Shown here one piece after another: positions 1 through 13,030 of a stretch of DNA of 64,000 nt. Below the pieces are notes generated by a model, which saw only the letters and a list, made by a program, of their open reading frames with translations, did not search any database and had not been told where the DNA came from. Position numbers and translations under genes: made by a program. Position 1 is the first letter of the stretch; each line of letters begins with the position of its first letter. The DNA is from Perkinsus chesapeaki ATCC PRA-425 (taxonomy: Eukaryota > Protista > Perkinsozoa): the NCBI GenBank assembly GCA_013115145.1, contig JAAPAO010000014.1, positions 62,001 to 126,000 on the forward strand, written 5' to 3'.

Positions 1-3000
1 CAAGCTGCTGCTCCTCCTACTGAGATCGCTCAGCCTCGGGCACCGTCATTAGGCGGTTCGACAACTTAGCGTTTTCTGCATTCTTTATTTTCTTCGCCAC
101 CTCACCAAACTCCTCGCTGTCAATCTTCATCTCGTTAATCGGGTCCAGTTCCGGCAAGCCATGAGCCTTGAAGTTGTCATGATTTAGCTGACAACAACAG
201 CAACACCTTATCCTTCCATCCTCGACCATAATGCCCTACAATGGCCTTAAGCATGTTCTTGCATTGTGTCTTGACAGCCTCAGTTCTGTTATGTGGCTCC
301 TGGACAGCCTGCGGTAGCTGTCCCCTTATCCTGCTAATCTTGTGCAATGAACGCAATGGGACGCTACGGACGACTCCTTCCTCTGAATAATAGGATACAA
401 CTACTCCTGCTATACCACAGTGCAGGTGTGCGTGGACGATCAGCAACCACAGATGGAAAATGCGGATACACTATAGGTATCATACGCACTTAAGGAACCA
501 CCAGGAAGAGCGCGAGCGAGCATCTCTAACCACGCTCCATATCGGCACGTTATTACCATCAATACAATCAACAACATAACTGTTCTCAATATCAGCAGCT
601 CCTTTATCATCAGCTAACTTATCACATTTGATAACCATAGCCCAGTCACCTATACCAACATACACCCAACATACGGAGCAATACCACCACCACCATCCTT
701 ACCATCCTTTGCCAAGCTGATTAGCCTTCCTGGGTTCATAAACGGTATTGCGTACTTCGGCAAGGTAATGATCTTCCGTCTCTCCTCCATAGCATTGTCC
801 AAATCCTGGTCGGCTTGGAATGCGTCCGTGAGAGCCTGAAGATCGACTAATACTTCTCATCCAGCCGGCTCGAAACGATACCATTTTGACGTCGAAGTTC
901 ATCTTCTTCGATGCCTCCGATGTGACCTTGTTGAGCTCCTCTGTGGCATCTTCGAGCTTGTGGCTCAACTCGGCATTCTGAGGAGGGTCATGTGCTGCCT
1001 TCCGAGACCACGGGCATCTCTGATCTCACCTTCTCCTTGGCAGCAATGCATCCCTTGTCCTTCTGAAACTGTGAAAAGCTTCTCTCTAGTAGGTAGTTAG
1101 GATCCACACCTGACTGCATAAGTAACCCTCAAAGGTCAACAAGGGTATCACCTTCCAAGCGAAGCATGTTAAGTAGCATATTGTAGCCAAGATAGAACTG
1201 ACTGTCAAGTCGACTTGCGTCACCTGAGGCCACCGCCGCCGCCATCATCACTACTACAGCAACACTCCCACTCTACCAAGGAACATCTCCTTCGCAGTGT
1301 TAGGCTCAACCTTATCGGTCAACATAATGATAACAAGACCCTTGTCATCCTTGCCTCTTCGACCTACATGGACAAACTCTACAAGGAAGTCCGGCAAATA
1401 TAGCTTACCGGCGCGGCCAGCCATCTGGATGTACTCCCCACTATTTAGCGTCCTTCGTTCGATACCGTCCCACTTCTGAACCTAAGAGGGACAGGAAGAT
1501 ACCCTTTGAGGGGCCTGAGTGGCAGCAGCAGCAGCACCTACCGAAGTAAAGACGACAGTCTTAGCAGGCATGTTGACACCCATGGCGAAGGTCTCTGTGC
1601 AGAACAGGACCTGAGGGAAATTGTCGACGGAATTTGGACCGGCGCCGGCCGAGTTGTGTATCTTGCACGCACCTTGATAAGATTCTCCTGGAATAGAATC
1701 TCCACAATCTCCTTTAAGATAGGCAGGAGGCCACCATGATGGATACCGATGCCTCTTGACAAGAAGCCGAGCATGGACTGGATCTGCTGAAGCTCTCTAT
1801 CCTCCGGACCTTGAAGAGCAAAGGTAACCCCGTCATTAAACAGTACCGCAGCTCACTTAAAGTGGCCATTGCATTCTCAAAGACATCACCAATAAGAGCC
1901 TTCTCATCCTGGGTAACAAGATCGATATTACGCAATACCAATGCATTTTGTTCACACTCCTTCTTGCTGAAGGCGAACACTATAACCTATAAATAATCCA
2001 GCAATAACGACGCAGCCGCCAATATCATCATCATCGCCCTACCGGCATATAGGCTCGGTCCGAACACATCCGAACGACCTTGAGAAGATCGCTGTTCTTA
2101 GTGTGCTGCTGTTGCTTCTTCTTATTGCTTTTCAACCCTATATAAACGTGTCACCACCCCTGTCACCACCTCCCCCTGCTTAGTATACCCTTTGTGCTCT
2201 GAGATGCTTGTTCTGTATTCTTCTCCAACACCTCAATGGCTTTGCCATAGTTATCCTCGCGGAACTTTCCCTAACAATCAAAGCTTATCAAACCCGACAA
2301 CCACCATCCCACCCGCGCACCACACTCCTACCTTTTCGTCGATTGTCAGGTAAACTCCATCTCCCATGGAAGGATAGACGTAATGCTGCAGAGGGACAGG
2401 CCTGCCCGTTGGACACAGGAAATCTTCCGGCTGCGCAAAGATATTATCCCTACTACTACCTGTAGTCGGTATAGATAAGATGGCACGGTTGATGCTTGAT
2501 GCGGCAGATCCATTCAGCAAACTCTCTAGCGTTCGGGATAGTAGCAGAGAGGAAGACGAATCGCACCGTATCCGGCAGCAAGATCCTGTATAGCGATTCC
2601 CGTGCGTGCTATTCTGACACCTCTAGCTACTACATTGTTTCCTCCCAAACCACACCACGATCCCTGTCTCGCATATAGTGCACCTCATCGAATATAACCC
2701 ATTTAACCTCTCGGCAGACATCACTGCCTCGATACAACATAGACCTACCAATCCACACTTCACATTACCCATCCCCCGAAAGATATCTACCTGAGGATCT
2801 CGGTGGTCATGATCATACAGCTGGCATTGGGGTTAATAGAAACATCACCGGTCATCAGACCGACGTCGCTACCAAACTCATCAGCTAAATCTCGATACTT
2901 CTGATTACTAACAACAACAGCCCCGCAATATACCCAGTTCAGGAGGAGCCTTACCCTACCTGAGGGCCTTGATGGGAGATGTGTAGATAACCCTCTGATT

Positions 3001-3664
3001 GTCACGCATACTCATGGCAATGGCATACTCGGCCACAGTGGTCTTACCGGCTGATGTATGTGCCGATACAAGCACCTACCACACTTCCGTCAAATCCTAT
3101 CCTACACTACCCCCTACCGATTCGCTCCGTTCCAAGCATGATACGGCCTCTGACTGGAATCGGTCTAATGTGTAGGGGTACGTTTTAGCAGGTTCCCCTT
3201 CGTATCTGTTGGAACGTACTTGGCCCGAACGTACTGGCGGCTGGAATGCGTGCTACTTTGGCAGCCTTTTGTCCTTGGCCCAATTAGCTGGTAATATACA
3301 CTCATGAAGACAGTTATCTCCCGATGGATACGATTCATGTGTCACCTACCAACCGCGCTTCAACCTAAGATACCCTTGCCCGTGTACTTCAGACGTAAGC
3401 TCCTCAGCTCGTCCAGCATCCTGTTCGTCCTGTTCTTCAGGACTCTGCCCAGATTCCTGTTTCCCCTCCTCCTCTGACCTAGCTGCCTTAGCCGGAGGTT
3501 CATCACTATCATTTGACGTGGAGCGTGGTCGAGCTACACAAGGCATGTGTTATCCCCCTCCCAGTGGTAGTACCAGCCTTGGTCTCCACTTCCATCGTTG
3601 GCTCTTCATCCTCATCGGGGACTTCCCCATCAAATACGTCGAAGAGATCGTCTTCAGTAGCCAT
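1..3664 (-). CDS. MTR4: Ski2-like DExH RNA helicase MTR4/Dob1 (multi-exon, 3' end runs off the window)
   Basis: Spliced minus-strand exons give [100 protein letters not shown] and arch-region [17 protein letters not shown]. Probable ATG at 3664 ([13 protein letters not shown]). Confidence 0.9.
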
Positions 3665-3862
3665 GTTAAATGAGCCAAGAAGAAGCTACTTGTCAGAGTG
3701 CTTGATGATTCTTTCCAATTACGCCTACCATAATTTGTCTAATTTCTTCTTAGTTCGAATATTTAGCGTGCGCCATTGTAATCGATATAGAGCGCAGTTT
3801 GTCTTCGCAGTGTATCATCCTAGCCTTTGAACCCTGTTGACTTTTAGGCCCCTTTCACTGTT

Positions 3863-6800
3863 ATGAGTGTCCCTAATTCGTCATCCATCACAGCGTCTCG
3901 TCCAGTGAAGTCATATCATACTTTCTCCTTATTAGCGAGCCCAGACATCGACCTACCTTACGGTCCAGGAAAGATATCAAACTCGGTAGGCCTAGCCCCT
4001 CTTCGTGGGGGTATTCTCCTCGGTAGGTTGGGGCCATTGCTGAACATATCCTAACTCATCAGAGGCTCACCGAAGTAAGGGGCTCCCTATCAACAGTGAA
4101 AGGGACTCGTCTTGTTGCAGATTGAAAGCGTTCTGGTACATTTGATAAGGCGGTCTGATGAGATGCAGAGGCGCATGGTGGATCTTGGTCACCGATTGGT
4201 AGAGCTCTAGAGCTCAGTAGTAGTGTTGATGGTGCTGTCAGCCTAATATGGTCGCTAAGGAGGAGCTACAGCTGGCAAATGAGGTCACTAGGAAGGCTTT
4301 CAAGGGACAAGTTGACGGGTAAGATCACAAAGCCATCTTGATCCGCTTATCCTTGATAAAACTTTAGCGATCTTTACACCCATATCGCTGCGTGGAAAAG
4401 CCTTTTTGCATTCATTCGTGGGAGAATCTACCAAACTTTTGTGAAATCAACTTGGTAGCTCTTTCGCCGCACTAACTGCACAAAAATAGCAGTCTTGGAG
4501 TAATTCTATTGAGCAGGCTCCGGGAGGACATCTCAGCTGCAAAGGTCTCCCTATCACAACAGGGGCACATCCACCGACTCTCACCGAAGCACAACTTGCC
4601 GACCACCGAAAGTAAGCAGGCAGGCTGCTGCTGCTTCACTGCGCTTGAAGCGCCGGGTTGGCAGGATACGCCACAGCTAAGGATTTCGAACTACTTGATC
4701 AAAGGGTAAGGGAACTAACACACGAAGTGAATCTAGACAATAAAGCATTTAAAGAAGGGTGAGATGCCATCATGGCTTGTAGGATCCGTAAGCGGGATGC
4801 ATTCAGGCTGAGCACCTGTAGAAGTGACATTAACAAGAGCACGGTGACAGTGGAGATGTTAGCAGATGAGAGCACTGCGATGAAGACGAGGGTGAAGGCT
4901 ATTCAGGTTGGGGAAGCTGGGTGGTTATTGGTGAAGGAACGGGGCAGGTTGAATTGGCCACGCATGGCTCAAGCAGTGGCGATGGCATCTCTCCTGTGGA
5001 GATGGGTTTGGTATCCGAAGATGAAGTTGATGGGAAGCTGGCTGATATGAGGTATAGGCTTTAGTTCATTTGGGGAGATGAAAGTGCTTGTCAGGGATTC
5101 TATTCTGGCGACTGTGGGCCGAGATTTAACAGCTAGGATGGAGGACAACAGGCAAGGGTTGAGGGAAGAGATAGAGAACTCTATGAGAGATAAGCTGCAG
5201 CAGGTGGAACTAAGTGAGCAGCATCATAGTCTTACGGTCATCGACGAATCCTGTTCATAGGTTTCTCCGAGCTCCGGACAGAGGTGATACCGTTACCGTC
5301 GGGGGAATAGCTCTTAGTGTTAGGCTGATGCTCGTTTTACCAATATCGACCAGAATGTATCTCAAATCAGCAGTAGCCTGGGAACGCCCGAAGAGGTAGG
5401 CGGTGGCTCCTCGTTGGTGAGGTGGTAGTAGGGGAAGATGGCAGGTGAAGGCCTTGCGGAAGTTAGCATCACGATCGGCCCTCGGGGTCGAGGACGACTT
5501 GAGCACCAAGAAGGTGACGTGTTCGGCACTGGGAGCATAATGGTGATTATTAGGTGCGTGAAATTGAGGAGCAGCTTGAGCGGAGCGGCGCAGCTCAGAA
5601 GGAGATGGGTAGGGGGTCCAGACGTAGCTGTTAAACCGGTCATGTGGTCAGACGCCACAGTGGGGCTGCTAAGTGAGGGATACGATGTTATTAAAAGGAA
5701 TGTTGCACAGCTTAAGAAGACCATCGGCAGGGCTCACGAGCACCTGAGGTAGTGATGGAGAGGGAGACGGCGGCAGTGTCGAATAGGTCACATGATGATG
5801 AGATAGAAGATCTCAAAGGTGCTGTCGTACTACTCCTTCGTGAACCAGTAGAGCCAACAGAGCCTGTCAAGATGGACGGTCGGTCTTTGGGGGTATATCT
5901 TGAATAGACTGTTTTTGGCAGAGACATCGCCACCCAGCCTGCAGCGGCAGGAAGTGGAACGAAGATGTGTCAATTCATGTGGGTTAGCAATGCTCCCGGC
6001 TGCTATGGCAAATGAGAGTGCCGCTCATGGATTGGGAAATGTGAGGCATAGTAAGCAACTTGGTTCACATGGGTGCTGGTTAGATGCCTATTGGTGACGT
6101 CCCAATGGATCGGGTGGCCGCCCTCACAATGAGTAAGCGCTATGGCAGGCTTTTTCCTATTCTTTCGCCCAGGGACGACAACTGCCTCGGTTGGAAGGCA
6201 GCTGTTCAACGACAGGCGGTACAAGAAGCGTCGTGGGAATGGTGGTAAGACGGTGGCAGGATGGCGTTGAAGAGAACTGTGAGCTTCAGATGCAAGTCGA
6301 ACTTGGCAGCCTGTTCCGCCAGCTACAAGCAGATTTCATGGGCATCCGGGAGGCCGTACTCTAGCGGGTCCTTGGCGTCCGGTTCGGAGGCTCAACCTCG
6401 ACTGCTACAGCACGATCCGAAGGGCTCGACGGGGGGTACTACGGCCCTCTTGCATGGATACATAATGTTCCTCGTTGTAAATGCTATAGTGTTGTGCTGT
6501 GTGGAGGGGACTTCACTCCCTGAGTGGACGAATCTCTGTAGAAAGTTCAGACACTCAAACTCGGCACCCGAAAGTGCATTCACGAGGTATTGAGCAATGG
6601 TGTTTTTCGCGCCTCCCACGGTTACCCGGAATGAGCCAGGAACTAATATAGCAACAACTATGCTGGCTATCATAGCTCAGAGCCCCAGAGTGGGTGGTGG
6701 AGGCTTGGGGAAGTCAGGGGCATCAGGAAGCAATGTGCAAGGTGAGCAGAAGGAAAGCGCGACAATTTCTGCGCGGAAAAATACTGGAACCGAGAATCGA

Positions 6801-7257
6801 ACTCGGGACCTACTGCGTGTTAGGCAGTCGTCATAACCAACTAGACCATTCCAGCTATACCTAATCGCTTTAATAATAGGGGTTTAGGAGGTATACATCC
6901 CTCGCAGGTTCCCTTCTTCGCAATCTGGCCCAGGGGCAATGCACAATACTACCAGCGCTCGAGGATCTCGCTGGTTTATTCTCCGACGATGAGGACGAGT
7001 TGTATACTAAGCCTCCGAACACGTCACGAACGAATACCCCTCCAGCTAGGGTGAGGCAAGGCGAACTATACACCTCAGGACCTACTCAGGCCACCACGGT
7101 GGATCCGTCGACGAACATTGTTGATTATTACGGGAAATCATACTGGAGGGAGAAGAGCCTATTAATGGATGCTGAACTCGATAACACAATCGAGCAACTC
7201 GACAACTTTCTGCTGTCACTTTATGGCAGAGTAGATGAAGTGCAAAGTGGTAACTGA
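3863..7257 (+). CDS. Hypothetical multi-exon protein with coiled-coil segments (may be two genes)
   Basis: Short plus-strand exons bounded by GT-AG, e.g. MVAKEELQLANEVTRKAFKGQVD, MEDNRQGLREEIENSMRDKLQQVEL, and a terminal LLMDAELDNTIEQLDNFLLSLYGRVDEVQSGN. No family recognised. Confidence 0.4.
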
Positions 7258-7282
7258 TCGACAGCTCCATCGCACTCGTTCA

Positions 7283-7774
7283 TCAGGTGCGCATTATGAA
7301 GTGTCTGACAGCAACAGTAGCGTAATCGAGGATCCTTGCCAAAGTTGGGCGATTGCATATGGAAAGGCTGGTATATCTGGGTTCAGGTCGGCCCCCTGAG
7401 GGCCAGTTCACCAAGCAGGCATTGCTCCGAAGCATACATCCGAGCCTCGTTCGTGATCTGGCGTTACCCGATGCGAGCATGGCACGCGAGCAGCGACTGA
7501 GCTCAGCGAGATTGTCGAAGGTAACCGTGTAGGCTCGATTATGCTGCATCGACATTGCTTCCTGCATGCGATGCAGGGCCTCGGACCTAGGCCTGTAGGG
7601 CACGAGCAGGGCTCCCTGGCTGATTTGCGTGCTGTACTGCAGCAAATTAAAGAGAAGGCAAGCTCCACTCTTCGACAGTCGAGTAAGGCGCCGCCTTAGG
7701 TACCGGAGAAAGAGCCGACAAGTGCGAAGCGAATACCCATTCCTCGGTAGACATCGTTTTACAGAGTCGATCAT
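7283..7774 (-). CDS. 163-aa ORF of unknown function
   Basis: Uninterrupted ORF between two convergent/tandem genes; no recognisable motif. Confidence 0.25.
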   Translation of the reverse strand: MIDSVKRCLPRNGYSLRTCRLFLRYLRRRLTRLSKSGACLLFNLLQYSTQISQGALLVPYRPRSEALHRMQEAMSMQHNRAYTVTFDNLAELSRCSRAMLASGNARSRTRLGCMLRSNACLVNWPSGGRPEPRYTSLSICNRPTLARILDYATVAVRHFIMRT

Positions 7775-8209
7775 TCCGTTCGAATTGACGTGAGTGAAGG
7801 TTAGCCTATTAACCTCAGATACGGCAGGACTAACTCGCCATTAGCCCAGCGAAAGCCAAGTAGCAAAGCGGACTGTTTGATAGAAAGTAGAGTGCTTTCA
7901 GGCTCCTCGGCGATCAGCAAGGGACTCTCAAGGAAGAAGGCAAGTGATGGACATTATATTTATCCATCGCCTATTGTGAAAGGTGCGGCCGAATCTAAAG
8001 ATCCCTCCAGCATGGAAGTGATAATATTCTATTATTCTCATGGAGACTACGTTGAAGTCTGTTCGTGTGTATTGTATTGAGTTAACTAGTAAAACACAAG
8101 GCTTATATTAAGTGCATCGAATGCTGCACCAGAGAAACCCTAGGTGTGGTTTAATACAACAGTAATGATGAGAATTGAATAGCATCAAAATAGTCGAAAT
8201 GATTAATGC

Positions 8210-10526
8210 TCAGAACGGCATGATTGCACTGGCGATCGAGAGAACTGTCGTGTTCATCATTGGTAGTGCCTCACCAACATGAGTGTTTAAGAGCTCTGGT
8301 GACTTGGCAAACACAATGGGCACCAACTGTTCGATCAGTGGATCTTTGCCGCCTCTAATAGGACATTCAACGATCGGGTCGGAATGACCGCATCCTGGCA
8401 GCACCTTAAATGTAACGTGCCTGAAGATGATGTTTAGTGTAACCTTCAATTAGAAGGTATATTACTGAACACCGCAATACTGCAGAGCCTTCTTGAACTG
8501 AACTGAAGACTCAATCGGGACGGTGACGTCAGCGTCACCTAAATAGGAGGAGTGTGCTACGCTCCGCTGTGGTGTTGTTTAAAATTACCATGGAACAAAT
8601 ATATCTCAGGAAGCCTGTGCATTGCCGCCTTACTTTTACCAGTAGATTCTGATAGAATCCTAGTGGGAGATACTCGGAACAAATCATGACCCATTATAGC
8701 CATAACAACATTGGAGTATCTAATAACCAAGATATCCCACCACAGCAACAAGCACTGGGGGTGGTTAGTACAGTCCACGGCTGTTAAGGTGAGGGACGAT
8801 GGATACCATATCGTAGGGGCCAGAAATGCCAACGAAGGCTCTGATGTCGCTCAAGGACCACATCTCGTTGAGCTCTATGTTCTTGTTGGCAGCCTGAAAT
8901 AGAGAAGACCCACAATTAGGTGGAGAAGGTACGGTAGTGCTACTGCTACCTTCTCTTCACGGATGGCCTTGTTAATAAGTAACTAAGACGGAGTTATTAA
9001 GTGGAGCAAGTGACACTACTACAGCGTACCAATGCTAGCATGTGAGCACCTGCGCTCTGGCCAATAAGGACGACATTGGAGATATCACCACCATAACGAT
9101 CAGCGTTCTCGAACACCCAACTGCAAGAAATTGCAGCGAATGTGGTGGTGCTTGTACAAGTAATGACTTACCTTATGGAGTTGTTGATATCCTCGATCAT
9201 GTCATCTATCTTACCTTGAGGGAAGTTACGATAATCAGGTGCCACGAACAAGGCTCCCCTTTCAAAGCCGAGGCGCCTTCCCATGCAAGCAGACCATGCT
9301 CGGAACCTAAATCATAGAAAGTAGAATATCGAGCGCCCCGCAATGTGATACTACCCGATAACCCAGGCGCCACCCATAACGTTAATGACTATGGGAAGCT
9401 TCTTCTGGCGACGCTTCTCTGGGGGGTCTAGATAGTAATCGGCCGGAAGGTAGATATCCAACTGGTTCCGACCATTGGGACCGTATTGTATTCCACGAAG
9501 GACCTGACCAAAGCTCATGTCGCCAAGGGTTTACCCAGAAGGACGTGTTACATTAGGACTGAGAGTCCACCAACTACCAACCTTGACCACAGCTGGCATT
9601 ATTAATATGGCAAATACCACGAGACGCATAAACATAACATACCTGAGGAGGGGGTTGAGTATTAGGGTGAGGGATGGGGTGCTGCTGCCTACGCTTCAAA
9701 GCCAGTGCCGAAAAACTTGAGTAGGATACCGGCCTCATGCATCAACCAAGGAAACTCGTTGAATATGACATGAAGGAACCTATGTGTCGAGAGAAAGGAT
9801 CTGTTATGAGGCTGCTGTCACTGGATGGTGCATACCTCGAGAACATAGAAGGGAAATACATAACCCAATCTGGTATCCAGCTTTCCTCCTCTTCCCCATC
9901 ACTTTCATCCTTACCAGAAGGATAATACCTATAAGCTTACCAACTGCCATTGTCGCCGTCACTAACTTACGGTTTCAGCCAATGAAGCTCTCTATCGAAA
10001 TTAGATCCAACCTGGTGGGTCATAGCCCTTCCAAGAATCTTCGAGCGTTCCTAACAATAAGCCCTTTAACCCCATCCAACCAGTCACATTACCCTCCGTG
10101 CCTTCTGACCTCTAACAAGCCCGCTTGCTGAAGTAACACTCCTGGTGTAGTGAGGAAGATCATCACCCAAAGTAGAGAGACCTAAGGGTAACAAAGCTAG
10201 CAAAGCTCTCCACCCCCCTCCCGTATACTACCCTTTGGCATTGGACGATTAGGATGCTTTAAAGGCTTCTTAGCTGGGGCATCAGTACCACCGGTAGCAT
10301 CGGGTACCATAAGGCTAACCCTACGAGGCTTGTCACTTTGGGCTGCGTCGCTGTTATTCTCCGGCTTTACGGTGTTGTTACCACTAACCGCTTGGTTTTC
10401 GTTTTTTCTATCAGATTTCGCCGTAACATCCTCCTGCACAAGAAGCTTCGGGCTACTCGCGGGTTGAGGCGCTGTTGCCTCTTCATCTGCGGCTACGGTG
10501 ATGTTGTTATTGCTCAGATTGGCCAT
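8210..10526 (-). CDS. ICME: Isoprenylcysteine alpha-carbonyl methylesterase-like alpha/beta hydrolase
   Basis: Exons encode YGPNGRNQLDIYLP, LPIVINVMGGAWVIG, APDYRNFPQGKIDDMIED, YGGDISNVVLIGQSAGAH (GxSxG nucleophile), LPEIYLFHG and GCGHSDPIVECPIRGGKDPL, matching the ICME family pattern. ATG at 10526. Confidence 0.85.
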
Positions 10527-10764
10527 GGTGAAAAGTGATAACGTTTGAGAAACTAGTCTGTAAATGATGGTTAGCCTTTTTACACAATGTACTAGCTTCA
10601 AGTAGACAGGATGGCACAATAACAAAGTATTTGATGGCATGATAGGGAGGAGGGAATACGAAGAGAATGGTCATGTGCGGAGGTTAAAGGAAACATGGCG
10701 ACTGGACAGGTTTGCGTTCATTACTCCACAAAATGGTAAGGGGTAAGGAAAGTGATCCGAAAAA

Positions 10765-10861
10765 TGTCAGGTGTGGGGTTCGAACCTGAGAGCCTCAGTC
10801 TGAGGCCCTCAGAGGCTCGCACTGGACTGTTGAAAAAGTCTTGCGCTCCCCTACTCCTTAC
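10765..10861 (-). pseudogene. Decayed tRNA-Leu-like relic with intact B-box/3' end and T5 terminator
   Basis: Minus strand ends GGTTCGAACCCCACACCTGACA-TTTTT, a typical tRNA-Leu 3' end. The upstream part (GTAAGGAG...GCGCAAGACT...CAA) only loosely resembles tRNA-Leu; the T-stem 5' side and the acceptor stem do not pair properly. It contains a CCTCAG-A-CTGAGG hairpin. Confidence 0.55.
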
Positions 10862-11254
10862 TTATTAAGAGAAAGCGATGACTCTAGTCGTCGGAACTCA
10901 GACTTAAATGGAAAAAATCACGTAAGAGTCAAGTCGCGACACAACACTAAGATGAAGGACGACCCTTAGCGTACATTTTTATAATAGACATCTTAACATC
11001 TGCACGCAAACACAAAAAGCAGACGACGCCTGCACATGGAGCTGCAGAGCCATTTTTAATGTTGCGGAAGGAGAGTTCACCACAAAGGGGCCAAAGCCAA
11101 CATATCAATGACCGTTGACGAAGAGTACAAAGACATGGGTGCGTAGAGCGACCTGCAAGACTTGGGCACTTATGAGCTCTGAAGCGCGTGACTTCAGACC
11201 CTGGAGGCTGCGGGTGAATTTTGTAATGACTGGTTTACGCAAGCCTTAATTATA

Positions 11255-12800
11255 CTAATTTCTGGCACTACTAGATGGTATAAATGCAGAAAGAATATTC
11301 GCCCATTGTATGGCAATCCGCCCCGTCGGGACATAACTGAAATGGGAACGAGGCATTAAGACTCGGTAGAGCACTAAAGTTAGTGTCTTACCGCCTGGGT
11401 GCAGTCTAACATACATACTCCTTTCGCACATAACGGTTGCCCGGTTGGAGTGTCTGGGCATACAGGTCGGGAAGGGACAAAATTACAGGCAGGTGCACAA
11501 ACTACCCCTTTCCCCTCACGAGCTACCTGAGATACAATAGAGATAGAAACCAAGAGAGTGAGGATCAGCTAGACGTAGGTGCTATCTTCGGAGACTAGAT
11601 CTTCGGTGAATCACGAGTGCTTGAACTTACATCTATCTTAGCGAGCATCAAACCAGGCTTGCACCGGCACCCTTGTATTCTATTTGTAAATAATTGACAA
11701 CACAATGGCCTTCGGGTTTTTGGTAGTTGCCTCCTGAGGGAACACTTACTGAAATTCACAAACATCTTTCTTTGACTACCAACACCTGGCGAGACGTGAG
11801 AGTATCTGATGAATTGTCGACAGGATACTCACTAAAGCTGTTTATAAATTACTCGCTTTCATCCGGGAAAAGAGCACTTGCCATCCAAGCTGTGAAGGTG
11901 AATAGAATGCAGACGACTTTATCCATTACTTCCGAAGGATGCGGAAAGCTAGCGAGACAGACCGCGAGTATAAGGATGATATTACAGCGAAGAACCTTAG
12001 TTTCATGGGAGACACGAGACGGGATGTTCCTCAGTGAAGAAGTGTCCCATGTCTCCATCGGCGTGCGCATGCGATTCTCGTGTAGCGATGGAGTCACAAT
12101 AAACCTGGGTGCCTATCTTGTACGTGCGGCTTCGTGTTATTCAAATTCGTATGATAGACTGAGTTATTCTAAATCGACGGCCGCCAAGGGCTTGACTTGA
12201 ACGCATCGACATGAGTTCTCCACGCCGTTGTCACACGATGATCGTATTACGATTGCAAATGTGGTGTCAGTGGCGAGCCCTTACCCAACACCGACCGACC
12301 GATGGAGAGGAACGAGCAGAAAGTATCCGAGATGTTGTTAAATATAACCGCGTTTTCATCGTTAGCATTCTAAAGAGCCGTCCAGATTAAAGACAGGAGA
12401 GACAGGTTGAGAATTTCTCACTGAGAAGTTCTTAGCTGACGACTTGAAGTCGTGCATTATCAAGAAGCATGCGTCTGATGAGCCTTCCCCTTCCTGAGAA
12501 CTCCCAGCTACGTAACGAAGAGGAAGTTAATCTGACCCATACTCACTGTCCTCCGCATCTCTGCTCGCCTAGTATGGCATGAGGCAGTTACACCTGTAGC
12601 CGTGAGCACGATTGAAGCTTTTTCGGCCATCCGCATTTCTCCCAGAGACTCCCGAGTTTGGTCACACATGGTTCCGCATATAGGGGTCGTATAGAGGTGT
12701 CGCGCTACGTGTTACAATACCAACATATTGCACGAGGTGGACCATAGTCCGTTGCTATAAGCTTCTCTCAACCTAGCCTCGAAGTTCATCCACGGCAAAA
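11255..12800 (-). CDS. Possible lineage-specific gene or pseudogene fragments
   Basis: Several short minus-strand frames with splice-like boundaries (e.g. VYCDSIATRESHAHADGDMGHFFTE; EGEGSSDACFLIMHDFKSSAKNFS). No coherent model or family found. Confidence 0.2.
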
Positions 12801-13030
12801 CTCTTCATTCCGCGCGGAAGTAAAGTGCGCTCGGCTTCGTATGTGTCGGGTGATTGAAGAGGAAGTGCGCCCCTTTGCGACTCGCAAGCTGGGGTTCAGC
12901 TGCGGAGGCGGAGATCACAAATTGCGCGACAGACTCACGGCAACACAACTGGCCGCATTAATGCGAGGTTCAGAAACGTACACATGCACCATGACCCGCA
13001 TTTCAGCAAGCAGAGGAGTGCGATATATCT

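Noticed and set aside
10765-10786. tRNA-complementary stretch as an LTR retrotransposon primer-binding site
   Set aside because: It lacks the TGG complement of CCA, is bounded by a Pol III-type T-run, and no LTR pair or gag/pol was found adjacent.
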